Assembly (NCBI GenBank): GCA_964585475.1
Contig: CAZPDF010000001.1
Coordinates: 1,441 to 65,440 of the forward strand
DNA: 64,000 nucleotides
Source of the DNA: an uncultured Candidatus Saccharibacteria bacterium
GTDB taxonomy: Bacteria; Patescibacteriota; Minisyncoccia; Sungbacterales; HO2-52-23
Direction: 5' to 3'
In this document: piece after piece, positions 23,412 through 33,400 of the stretch
Numbering within the stretch: position 1 is the stretch's first letter
Layout: every line of letters starts with the position of its first letter
Notes under the pieces: generated by a model
Told to the model about the DNA's origin: nothing
The model's input: the letters and a program-made list of their open reading frames with translations, nothing else
Database searches by the model: none
Translations under genes and position numbers: made by a program

Positions 23412-23744
23412 ATGCATCTTACCAACGAAGGGGCTGCGATGTTGCTCAAAAGTCTGTTTGATCCCGCCACGATGTGCACTTCCTGTGGCCGCTCCCTTGA
23501 GAGGGTGGCCAGCTACTGCACGTGGTGCGGAGCGAAAAACCCCGAGTTTGATGAGTGTGAACTTGTCTACCGCGCCGGGAAGACGCTCCGCGAAGCGCAA
23601 GAGGATTGTTGCAACGGCCATCCGGAAAAATTGGCTGCCATTCGTGAGGACATCGCGAGGATCATCCCCGAATCATTTCCTGAGCTCGTGAACAAACCCT
23701 ACGATCAGCCGTTCTGCATGCACTGCGGAACGCAGGTGGCTTAA
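23412..23744 (+). CDS. zinc-ribbon hypothetical protein
   Basis: ORF track gives 23358..23744. I trimmed the start to the Met behind the strong RBS. It has the Cys pairs CTSCG...CTWCG and a C-terminal CMHCG. Confidence 0.65.
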   Translation: MHLTNEGAAMLLKSLFDPATMCTSCGRSLERVASYCTWCGAKNPEFDECELVYRAGKTLREAQEDCCNGHPEKLAAIREDIARIIPESFPELVNKPYDQPFCMHCGTQVA

Positions 23745-23756
23745 AGGAGGCCAGCT

Positions 23757-24116
23757 ATGAAACTGACAAAGTGTGATTGGCTGCTCATCATCTCCTGCCT
23801 CGTGATCACTCTTTACTCCTGGGCCGTGATGTTTACGGGCGTCGCAAACAACTGGCCTTTCGGCAGCGGTGGAGGATGGTTCGGGTCGCTTTCCTCGGTT
23901 TTAGTCGGCGCGCTCCTGCTTTCCTTCTGGCTAATCCTTGCGGTGGTGAGAGCGGCAACGCTGTTATATCGGGAATACGCCGATCTCACACCAGGGGAGA
24001 AGAGCATCGTAGGCCGAATAATGAGCAGGGCGGCTGAGGAGTTGATCAAGAAGTTGAGGCGCCGCCAAGACAGGGTCGGAAAAATCATCCGGCTCGGCGA
24101 CAGAATGAGAAAGTAG
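23757..24116 (+). CDS. membrane hypothetical protein
   Basis: 119 aa with two predicted TM helices and a basic tail. An AAAGGAGG RBS precedes it. Confidence 0.65.
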   Translation: MKLTKCDWLLIISCLVITLYSWAVMFTGVANNWPFGSGGGWFGSLSSVLVGALLLSFWLILAVVRAATLLYREYADLTPGEKSIVGRIMSRAAEELIKKLRRRQDRVGKIIRLGDRMRK

Positions 24117-24168
24117 ATGTAGAAGTTCGGGTCCTGCCGTAAAGGCGGGGCCCAAATTTTTAAAAGAT

Positions 24169-24492
24169 GTGGAAAATAAGTATTTGACATTTCAAAATGG
24201 CCCTGTATCCTTATATTGTATGAACGTATGCAGCAACTTAATTACTACTTTGGTTACGGAAGCTGGCTTAACTCCGGAAGAGATTAAACTGTGGGAAGAA
24301 ATTTCAGGAAATATACCCGAAAAATTATGCACCGACCTCTATGATACCCTAAAATCGGTACCGGGCGCGGTGCGCGCAGCAACTGACAGTTTAAAAGAGA
24401 AAAAACCAGCGCTACAGAGCGGTGATATCAAAAAGTGGGGGGAAATTTTGAGCAGAGAGAACGATCTCCTTCTCTCATTTATCAAAAAGTAA
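24169..24492 (+). CDS. hypothetical small helical protein
   Basis: 107 aa from a GTG start; the alternative start is the ATG at 24220. The segment LTPEEIKLWEEISGNIPEKL loosely resembles EELKFWKNIISDLTPEEQEKL of 9823..10011. Confidence 0.5.
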   Translation: MENKYLTFQNGPVSLYCMNVCSNLITTLVTEAGLTPEEIKLWEEISGNIPEKLCTDLYDTLKSVPGAVRAATDSLKEKKPALQSGDIKKWGEILSRENDLLLSFIKK

Positions 24493-24502
24493 CAAAAATA
24501 AA

Positions 24503-25051
24503 ATGAAAGGCCCCGAACAAGAACGACCCAAACCAAGTAAAGGGATCGTACCGGAAAAAGGTAAAGAGTTTCCGGTTGTTGATATAATCAAAGGAAAAAT
24601 TGGAGAGATGATCGACAAGCAGATAGGAAAGAAAACAGGGATAGACGTAAAGAAAATATTAGAAGCGGCCAAGCCCCCGATAATGCATGCGGCAGAAGGT
24701 GAAACTGCTGAAGGTGGAACCGAGGGAATTATGGAGAAAATTCTTAATAATCCTAAAGCTGTTCGTGCGGGAGCAGCAGTCACGCTTGCTGCGTTAGAGA
24801 GATGGACGAGATTTTGGTCAACTTTCATGGAACCGCCCATACCAGGTTTTCTTAAGTCTAAAGAGGAGAAAGAGCAGGAAAAGAGAGATAAGGAGGGCGG
24901 TGGCGAAACCTTTTTGGAACAAGCCCGCAGGTACTATGAGTTTGGCGGCCGGCTGGAAAACGCCGTACTTAAAGGGGAGTGGGATGAACTTCTAAAGAAA
25001 AAGGCGACAGCTAGAAAGGGTGGTGGAATTCCTGATGGCAAAGCCGCCTAG
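24503..25051 (+). CDS. hypothetical Lys/Glu-rich protein
   Basis: 182-aa ORF with no recognisable motif. Confidence 0.55.
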   Translation: MKGPEQERPKPSKGIVPEKGKEFPVVDIIKGKIGEMIDKQIGKKTGIDVKKILEAAKPPIMHAAEGETAEGGTEGIMEKILNNPKAVRAGAAVTLAALERWTRFWSTFMEPPIPGFLKSKEEKEQEKRDKEGGGETFLEQARRYYEFGGRLENAVLKGEWDELLKKKATARKGGGIPDGKAA

Positions 25052-25092
25052 GAATGCGGCTAATGTGTAGAAGAGGGGGCATTAAAAAAAGA

Positions 25093-25120
25093 TTAAAAAC
25101 TGCCGCGAGGCAGTTTTTAA
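25093..25120. terminator. bidirectional terminator
   Basis: ttaaaaactgcc-gcga-ggcagtttttaa, between convergent genes. Confidence 0.7.
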
Positions 25121-25162
25121 TCTGCCTATAAGAAGATATTGTCGGCTATAAATCCGCGTATT

Positions 25163-25196
25163 TCTATTCTAATGTTCTTAAGAATTTGAGAATAGA
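25163..25196. promoter_or_regulatory. imperfect copy of the ArsR operator palindrome, overlapping the ArsR stop codon
   Basis: tctattctaatgttc-ttaa-gaatttgagaataga. 12 of 15 arm positions pair. The left half matches the half-site of 25450..25481. Confidence 0.4.
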
Positions 25197-25433
25197 TATT
25201 CCGGTGGAAGTAAGTTTGTGCCGGATTGAAGTTCCATCCGACCGCTTCATTAAAAGACCCGCAATGCCAAGCCGCCGTATATGTTCCGAGATGGTTTTGA
25301 AGTTTACGTCAAGCTTCTCGGAAATTTCCGAAACCGAAAGTTCCGGCTCCCGCCCCAGGAGCTGCATGATCTCAATTCTTCTATGGTTCGCGAATCCCTT
25401 CACGATCCGCTCAAGTTCCCTTGTCTTTTTCAT
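25164..25433 (-). CDS. ArsR/SmtB-family transcriptional regulator
   Basis: 89 aa. FANHRRIEIMQLLGREPELSVSEISEKLDVNFKTISEHIRRLGIAGLLMKR is a winged-HTH ArsR pattern. Confidence 0.8.
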   Translation of the reverse strand: MKKTRELERIVKGFANHRRIEIMQLLGREPELSVSEISEKLDVNFKTISEHIRRLGIAGLLMKRSDGTSIRHKLTSTGISILKFLRTLE

Positions 25434-25449
25434 TCCTTTTTATGATACT

Positions 25450-25481
25450 TTATTCTAATATTCTCAAGAATATTAGAATAA
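25450..25481. promoter_or_regulatory. probable ArsR operator (perfect 14-bp arms, 4-nt spacer)
   Basis: ttattctaatattc-tcaa-gaatattagaataa, located 17 nt upstream of the ArsR start codon. Confidence 0.6.
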
Positions 25482-25563
25482 GAGTTTTATCACATGTTCC
25501 GTGGCATTTTTTATATTTCTTTCCGTATCCACAGGGAGTTAATTTGTAACGCGCGGAAAAATA

Positions 25564-28092
25564 TTATTTCAGGTCCTCGGAGGACAATGAAAACTCGCTC
25601 CCCGGTTTTATCTCGCCCTTGATGATCTTATCGGCGATTTCTTTTTCTATTTTGTCTTGAATAAAGCGCTGCATCGGCCGCGCGCCAAAAGCCGGATCAT
25701 ATCCGCCTTTCGCGGCCGCATCAACCAATCCGTCCGTTATTTTTAAAATTATATTCTGTGATTTCAAGCGCGATGTCAGTTTCTCGAGCATCAGGCGCGC
25801 GATTTTCTGTAATACCTCTTTGCCGAGCGGCCTGAAAATAATTACGGCGTCAAAGCGGTTCAAAAGCTCCGGGCTCATTATTTTTTCTTTCTGGATATAC
25901 TCGATGATTTGCCGCTCCATGCTTGAGGGATCTTCTCCGCGGTTGGTTAGTTCCCAAATAAGTTGGGATCCGGCGTTGGAGGTTGCAATAATGATGGTGT
26001 TTCGCATGTTCACGCGCTCTCCCAAGTAGTCTGAAAAGAAGCCCTCATCCAGAACCTGCAGGAAGAGGTTTTTTACTTTGAGGTTTGATTTCTCAAATTC
26101 ATCCAGAAGTACCACGCCGTAAGGATAGGAGCGGATTTTGCTTGCTAAGATTCCCGGCTCGTTTTTCTCAAAAGATCCGAGAAGCCGCGTTACGTCCTCA
26201 TCTGTTTGGAACTCGGTCATGTCTAGTCGCACCGTGGCTTCCTCGTTTCCGAAGTAGCTCTCGGCGAGCGCCTTGGCGGTCTCTGTTTTTCCGACGCCGG
26301 TTGGCCCCAGAAAAAGAAAAGTGCCTATGGGACGCTTCGGATTTCGGGTGCCCGCGCGCGCGCGGCGGACGGCATCGGCAATCGCCTGGATCGCCATTTC
26401 CTGATCAATTACTCGCTTGTGGAGTATATCTTCGAGAGCAAGCAGTTTCTCCTTTTCTTCTCCCGTAATTTCCCCAAGCGGCATTTTGGTTTTTCGTTCT
26501 AGGATGGCAAGCACTAGCTCCGGTCCCACCATGAATATTTTTTGGGCAACCGCCTCATTCGCTACTTCCTCCAATAAATCAACCGCGCGTTTGGGCATGG
26601 CGCCGGTAACAAGGAAATTTGTTGCGCCTTCACCTATTTTCTCAAGCGCGGGGTAAGTGAAGATAATTTTTCCTCCGCGTGAGGCCTCGGTTGCCGGAAT
26701 TATGTCCTCCAGAATTTTAAATAGTGCGTTTCCGGCCGGCTCCGCAATTTCAATTTTGGAAAAATGTTCCATCAGGCCCTTATTCGTTTCGAGGATTCTC
26801 CGGAAAGGCAGGGTGTCTGCGAGAGCAATAATATGAATATCTGAACTTCTAAGATAAGGCTGTAGGAGTTCATTTGCGCTAATACCTAAAGCCGTGAGGG
26901 AGGCGGTAAATTCCGGGAATTCGTCTATGGCGAGTATTATGTTCCCGGCCTTTACAGCTTCGTTTAGCAAGCGGAGGAGGAGTGACTCTGTTTCTCCTTT
27001 GGTTTTTCCGGAGGCGACAACGCCAGAGCCAAATAGTTCAAGAATGCGTTTGTGTTCAAGTTCCGGGAAAATGTTGCCGTGCGTAATCATCCGCGTAAGC
27101 CCGAGAAGAATTGTTCGCTTGCCTGTGCCGGGTTCCCCCACCAGAACCAGGTTTGCCCCGGATTTTTTAAGAAGGGAGGATTCAAGAAGTTTGATCTCGC
27201 GATCGTGTCCGATAATTTCTTCTTCGGCCCCCAGCGCTTCATAGGCGAGGTCTCTCGCAAATTTTTCAAGAAAGGCCGTGTGTCCGTACGCCCAGTCTTT
27301 GGCAAATCCCGGAATGCGGCCCAGCCTGACCCTAGTCCACCATCTGCGTTTTGCATCACCTTGCGAAAATTTTTCTTCCTGCCATTCGGCCGCCCCGCGC
27401 AGGGTAACTGGCGTTACGCCATTGGCCATGAGGTAATCGCGGAACGGCTTGGATGTTTCAAAAAGGGCCGTCATGAGGTTGGCGAAAGTTATATCCTTAT
27501 CGGCGTCAATGTTTTTTTCAAGATAGCCCAAGAGGGTATTGATATTTCCGTCTACATCGCCGGCCGAAATAATGGTTTGCAGGAGATTTTTATATTCTTC
27601 GTTTTCAACTCCAAGACGCCAAATAAGTTCCTGGCCGATATCGGTCCTGGGCAGCGTTTCAAATAATCGAGATAGGGTTATTGTGCCGGCGGGGGAAGAT
27701 GCGCGGTACCAAACCTGGGCCGCATATAAATTTAAGCGGCACAAGATATTGGAGTGCGGCGCTTCTCCTGGTTTGTCGGCGGTCTTTGAATTGAAAAACC
27801 CGTCAAGCGCCCCAAGGAGTAGACGCGGGGCGGTGAGAAGAAATAAGGCCCCGATCAAAAAATTTTGATCAATTCCCGGTATCTCCGTCGGCAGTCGGAT
27901 CTCTATGCCGTATGCATGCGTTCCCGCGACCTGCCGCGCCAGCAGAGAATAAAAAATTAGCGCGAGGTTAACCAAAACCATTTTGTCAAGAACTCGCGCG
28001 ATGGAATTTCGAAAACGGCGCGGGAAAACGTTTTCAAGGGCGAGCGCCCCGATGAATTTATTTTCGAAGATGTGGGGATAAGGCGTAGGCAT
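25564..28092 (-). CDS. membrane-anchored double-AAA+ Clp/Hsp100-family ATPase
   Basis: 842 aa. The N-terminal ~110 aa contain hydrophobic helices. D1 has Walker A GEPGTGKRT and Walker B ILAIDEF. D2 has [15 protein letters not shown] and VVLLDEFEK, and a C-terminal ARPMQRFIQ. There is no ClpB-type middle domain. Confidence 0.8.
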   Translation of the reverse strand: MPTPYPHIFENKFIGALALENVFPRRFRNSIARVLDKMVLVNLALIFYSLLARQVAGTHAYGIEIRLPTEIPGIDQNFLIGALFLLTAPRLLLGALDGFFNSKTADKPGEAPHSNILCRLNLYAAQVWYRASSPAGTITLSRLFETLPRTDIGQELIWRLGVENEEYKNLLQTIISAGDVDGNINTLLGYLEKNIDADKDITFANLMTALFETSKPFRDYLMANGVTPVTLRGAAEWQEEKFSQGDAKRRWWTRVRLGRIPGFAKDWAYGHTAFLEKFARDLAYEALGAEEEIIGHDREIKLLESSLLKKSGANLVLVGEPGTGKRTILLGLTRMITHGNIFPELEHKRILELFGSGVVASGKTKGETESLLLRLLNEAVKAGNIILAIDEFPEFTASLTALGISANELLQPYLRSSDIHIIALADTLPFRRILETNKGLMEHFSKIEIAEPAGNALFKILEDIIPATEASRGGKIIFTYPALEKIGEGATNFLVTGAMPKRAVDLLEEVANEAVAQKIFMVGPELVLAILERKTKMPLGEITGEEKEKLLALEDILHKRVIDQEMAIQAIADAVRRARAGTRNPKRPIGTFLFLGPTGVGKTETAKALAESYFGNEEATVRLDMTEFQTDEDVTRLLGSFEKNEPGILASKIRSYPYGVVLLDEFEKSNLKVKNLFLQVLDEGFFSDYLGERVNMRNTIIIATSNAGSQLIWELTNRGEDPSSMERQIIEYIQKEKIMSPELLNRFDAVIIFRPLGKEVLQKIARLMLEKLTSRLKSQNIILKITDGLVDAAAKGGYDPAFGARPMQRFIQDKIEKEIADKIIKGEIKPGSEFSLSSEDLK

Positions 28093-28110
28093 AAGAGGCT
28101 GGGACTAAAT

Positions 28111-28527
28111 TTAAAAAATGAAGGCGAGTCCCGTAAAAAATAGCGCGGGAAGGAGGATCGGGAAAAATATCCATACGGCCAATATGGCGGTGGTGGCGAT
28201 GATTACGGCGCCCTCGAAAATTATTCCGATAATTAAAACAATGGTTCGGAAGAGAAACCCGACTACGCGCGAAACGGTGTTGGCCACAATATTTTCTAAG
28301 AGCGCCTCAAGGGCGACGACGCCTTTAGACTCCTCCCGGATGCGGTAAAACGGCGCAAAAAGCGTTTTTAACAGGAGTTCCAGGGAAAAGAGATAATACC
28401 CGAACCAAAGAAAATTTTTCCCTAGTTCCCAAATGTCGCGGAGCGCTTGCCCGTAGTGCCAGGTGATGTATTCGCCGAGAAAAATCGCAATACCCATTAA
28501 GTTCATTATAAATGAAAGGGGCGACAT
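28111..28527 (-). CDS. small polytopic membrane protein (upstream partner of the AAA+ gene)
   Basis: 138 aa with about 4 TM helices. Its stop lies 19 nt before the AAA+ start. Confidence 0.65.
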   Translation of the reverse strand: MSPLSFIMNLMGIAIFLGEYITWHYGQALRDIWELGKNFLWFGYYLFSLELLLKTLFAPFYRIREESKGVVALEALLENIVANTVSRVVGFLFRTIVLIIGIIFEGAVIIATTAILAVWIFFPILLPALFFTGLAFIF

Positions 28528-28568
28528 GGCGCAATCGGAGAAAATCTGCTAGATTATATGGCATAAGT

Positions 28569-28749
<181 letters not shown>

Positions 28750-28751
28750 TT

Positions 28752-29090
28752 ATGGGAATCTATCGTCATACGCAGGAAACATTTGCGGATCGTAGCGGCA
28801 CCATAATTGAGGCCGATCTCCTGGGCACCATTGATACAGAGAGCCCTGAATATCAGGAGGCGTATCTCGGTTTTCTCAAACGCAACCGGGCAGTGATTGA
28901 GAAGAAACTTCGAGGGGAGCCGATATCGCGTGAGGAAGATGAGCATCTTTTTTCTGAAGCGGAAGAGCTTGTGGTGACGTTTCCGCCTGACGACCCAATC
29001 AAACCGGAACATGCGGTCTTGCGTGATTTGCGTGAGGCGATGCTTGATCAATTTGAGCTTGTTTCCGAAAAAGACATGGATCGCCTTTAA
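28752..29090 (+). CDS. hypothetical protein
   Basis: 112-aa acidic ORF that starts 3 nt after the outer tRNA-like 3' end. Confidence 0.5.
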   Translation: MGIYRHTQETFADRSGTIIEADLLGTIDTESPEYQEAYLGFLKRNRAVIEKKLRGEPISREEDEHLFSEAEELVVTFPPDDPIKPEHAVLRDLREAMLDQFELVSEKDMDRL

Positions 29091-29102
29091 ATTTTTTCGT
29101 GC

Positions 29103-29351
29103 GTGGGTAGTCCGCTCGACCGACTTTTTGGCGCCGACATTCTAATCCGGGTCGGCAGTAAGGAACCTAAAAAGAAACCGAGGCCTCTTACTTTTGATTT
29201 GACGGTACGGCGCGCGAAAACCGGAACGAAGGCTGACGTTCTAATCAAGGATCTGCCGGACCCGGATTTACAGGAGAAGGAGTACCTTAAGGCCATGGGT
29301 GGAGCGGCTCATGACGCTTTTAGAATTTATCTTCGCAGGAGCAGAAATTGA
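29103..29351 (+). CDS. hypothetical basic protein
   Basis: 82-aa ORF with a non-ATG start in the ORF track. Confidence 0.4.
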   Translation: MGSPLDRLFGADILIRVGSKEPKKKPRPLTFDLTVRRAKTGTKADVLIKDLPDPDLQEKEYLKAMGGAAHDAFRIYLRRSRN

Positions 29352-29388
29352 TTTTGTAAAACGACGCATACCATGCTAGAATAAGGAC

Positions 29389-30484
29389 ATGGAAGAATTA
29401 CGGAAACGATTCAACGATCTGGAATTTAAGATCCGCGGCCTCGCGGACCGGCTTTGATATCTCAAAAAAACGGCAAGAAATTTCCGAAATTGAGCGCGGG
29501 ATGCAGAGTGTTGATTTCTGGAAGGACAAGGAACGCGCCTCGGGGTTTTCGCGAGAGCTTGCGGCTCTGAAGCGCGAAGTCGAGCGGTATGAAGCACTGG
29601 CGCGGGAGTTGGACACACTTTTTAAGATGGTCGACCTGGCTGAAAGTGATGAGGGCATCCGCAAAGAACTTGAATCAGAAGTTAAAGCCCTCCAAAAAGA
29701 AGTTAAAAAAATAGAAACCGAGCTTTATTTTTCCGGAAAATACGACAAGGGTAATGCCGTTCTCTCGGTTTATGCCGGTGCTGGCGGGAAAGACGCAGAG
29801 GACTGGGCGGCGCTTTTGATCCGCATGTACCGCCGTTTTTCCGAAGAACGGGGATGGATAGCCAGAACCATTCATGAGCATTGGGGCGAGTCCAACGGTC
29901 CTGCCGGCTGGGGGATCAAGAATGCCACGATACTTATCGAGGGTGCTTATTCCTACGGGTATTTGAAAAAAGAATCGGGCGTGCATCGTTTGGTCCGGAT
30001 CTCGCCCTTCTCTTCGCAATCCCTTCGTCACACCTCTTTTTCACTGGTTGACGTTATGCCGGAATTGGTCGCGCCGGAAGAGGTGGAAATAAAACCGGAG
30101 GATTTGAAAATAGATTTTTTCCGCTCATCTGGCCCGGGGGGACAGAACGTCAATAAACGAGAGACCGCTGTCCGAATCACGCATCTGCCCACAGGAATTC
30201 AGGTGGCAGCGCAAGTGGAAAGGACGCAGGAAAGAAACCGCGAAATCGCGATGGAGATTCTTCGCTCGCGACTCTATAAATTTGAATTAGTGAAACAAGA
30301 AAAGGAGCGCCAGGGAGTTCGACAGGAAAAGGTTGCCATTGAATGGGGCAGCCAGATCCGTTCCTACGTCATGCATCCGTACCAGATGGTAAAGGACCAT
30401 CGCACTGACGTTGAGACCTCACAGATAGATAAAGTGCTGGATGGGGGGCTTGAGGAGTTTATCGAAGCAGAAGTGAAGATATAA
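29389..30484 (+). CDS. prfB: peptide chain release factor 2 (two frames joined by a programmed +1 frameshift)
   Basis: Frame 0 reads MEELRKRFNDLEFKIRGLADRL then TGA at 29455..29457. The +1 frame continues DISKKRQEISEIERGMQSVDFWKD... to 30484. It has the SPF tripeptide (RISPFSS) and GGQ (SGPGGQNVNK). Confidence 0.92.
29452..29458 (+). promoter_or_regulatory. prfB +1 frameshift site CTT TGA T
   Basis: CTT at 29452..29454 is followed by an in-frame TGA. Reading resumes at GAT at 29456, in frame with ORF 29501..30484. The upstream GGACCGG is only a weak SD-like element. Confidence 0.85.
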
Positions 30485-30494
30485 TTTTAGGCGC

Positions 30495-33400
30495 ATGAAG
30501 CGTATAAAAAAACACATCAAAAACCACCACATTATCTCTGCATTGGCAGCAGGCGGCATTGCTTTTGCGGCGTTCAACTTTAACGGTACGCCGCTTTTTA
30601 ATAATCTTGATAACTTCGTTCTCTTTGCGAGTGAAGAAATACAGATAGAACAGGGAACACAGGTTTCTTCGGGCGACCTCGGTTCCAACGGGAAAATTGA
30701 TATTGAAAAAGACGTTATCATAAACGGCAACCTTTTTGCGAATGAAATCACGATAGACAAAGATTCCACCATAAACGGTAACGCCTCTTTTAATAAACTC
30801 AAACCCCATAAAAATTCACGGATTCTTGGAACGCAAACCAAACCGGTACAACTTCCGATAGCGAACATCCCCAATGTTTCCGAATTTCAGATCGGCACGC
30901 AGGATTTCAGATTTGAAGGAGCAACTAACACGCTTTCCGTCGGAAGCTACCGTGATATTATCCTCGAGAAAAACGCCCGCCTAAACCTTTCGGGCGGAGC
31001 TTACAATTTGCGGAAACTCGAACTCAAAGAAAACTCCACGTTCATTTTCAACGGCTCAACCACGATAAACATTCAATTCAAGCTCAAAGGGAAAGATAGG
31101 GTATCAATCCTCCCCGGACAAAATATCAAACCCGACGACCTAACAATCAATTACCTCGGCCTTCGTCCCAGAAACGAAAAGGAAGAAAAGGAAGATGATG
31201 ACAACGAAATTGATTCGGAAATGGACAACCAAGAAAAGAAAGATCACAAAGCCAGTAAAATCGGCCGACCAATTGTTTTTGGCAAAAATTCTTTCCTCAA
31301 CTTTAAACTCCTTGCTCCAAAGGCGAGTGTTCATATTGGAAAGGAATCAACCGTGAGGGGCCAGATTTTGGCAAGGAAGATAAAAATAGAAAAGAATTCT
31401 ATATTGAGCAGAGAACAAACCGGATTCAAGATTGCCAAACCGGAAGACATCATTACCGATCCCGACGGAGGCGTTTATCCGATCAATGAATTGCTGGTTT
31501 CTTTAACTCCGGAAGCGACCATCTTAGACGCTCAAACCATAGCCGCAAGCGTCAACGGCCGGATTATCGGCATTGTTTCTTCGATTAACCTTTATCAAAT
31601 TGGGGTTCCCGCAGGATCAATTCAGGAGTTAGAAAATTTGATTAGCATTTTACGGAGCAACCCTAAAGTCGAAGGGGTATTTAGGAATTTTGTTGTTCCA
31701 AAGCAGTTTTTTCCAGTGGATCGGGTTGAGACACTATCCAAGATCGATAACGAGTTTAAAATAGCGCCCTCAGTGGTGTACCTTATTTTTGCTACACCTA
31801 TGTATCGAATTTTATTCTTCGCGGCTACTCTCTTACTGGCCCTTTACTTATACCTAAAACGGCATCAACTCAGAAAGTTCAGCATCATCAAAGATAAATT
31901 ATTCTACAGTTCTTCGCATCTGGCATGGTTTGCTGTCTTATCAATAACATTTCTTTTGTTCCCTCTGACGTGGTTGGTTCGGTGGATAGCGCCCTATGGT
32001 CGAGGTGGCTCTATCGGTATTCCTTTTATCACCTTCGGCGGTAGTACTTACGAATTCGGATTTAGTATAGTCGGCATCCTGGGGAATATATTATTTGTTT
32101 ATATCCTTACCTTAGTAGTCGCGTATCTCAAAAGAAATTTTAGGAAACATGGCAGTTTGATAATTCTCTTGGTACTCGCCCTTTTGATAACCGGCAGTAT
32201 ATTTTTAGTATTTGTGCGATTTGTGAGAGAGGGAGCACCTTTTATGCCGTCACCAATACTATTAAGAATTCTCGGACACGAAGCATATGCAGCGCCGCAG
32301 ATAAAATACGATTTAGAGAATCTTAGAAATCAGTTCCCCCCATTCACAAAAGCTTATGACAATATCAAAATCCAACAGGCGTGGGAGGTTATAACAAGCG
32401 TTACACCTCTGCTATCGCCGCCTATTATTGGAATTGTTGATTTCGGTGTTGAGGCAACCCATCACGAATTTAATACACCCGAAGTAAATTTCGGTTCGGT
32501 CAATCGTTCGCTCCTAGAAGATTTTATAGAGTCCACCTTTCTAGATCCGGTTGGCGGCCATGGCACTCAAGTTGCCGGAATTATCGGTGCGAATAACGTT
32601 TCTAGAATAAACCCTCTAGCGCAAGATAGTCCTCAAATGAATGGCATACTTTCGGGGGTTCTTTCAGAAAATCAGTACACTTTGGAGTTTAAGCCAATCG
32701 GTGGTCCTAAAAATGCTGCTACCTCAACCTTTATACAAGTTGCCGGCGCCCTAGAAGCAGCTATAGGAGGGAGTTCCAGGGTTGTTAATATGAGTTTTGG
32801 TGGCGCACTTTGTTCTGCGCTCTCGATTTTCAGTGGACGAGAATGCTATAAAACAGATCAAGAGTTTCTTGACGCCTTTGGCGTTTATCAAAGACAGTTT
32901 CAACAAGCTTCAACGACTTTATTTGTCGCCGGTGCGGGAAATGATGATATTGATGCTTCCCACTCTTTGCCAGGTGCCTTGAGTCTGCTGGATAATGTAA
33001 TGACCGTCGGAGCTACCGATTTAGATGATAAAAGAGCAGAATTCCTCTTTCCGGAAAAGAGCAATTTTGGGTCTAGTGTAAACATCTCTGCTCCAGGTAC
33101 AGATGTTTATGCTCCCGCTCCAAACAACGAATACGATTCCGACTTCTCTGGCACCTCCGCCTCCGCCCCTATGGTTACCGGTGTTGCAGGGCTTTTGAAA
33201 GCCCTTGAACCGGAGTATCAGAAATTCACTCTAGGGCTTGTGATGAATCCTGCAAAAATAAAAGAAATTCTAATTAAGTCTGCTGATCCGATAAATACCG
33301 GAGAACTAAATAAACCCCTAGGCAAAGATTGTTTCAATTTCAATACCTTTATTCATAACGGCTGCCGGGAAAATGCTCACAGAGCCGTGGCCTGGCAATT

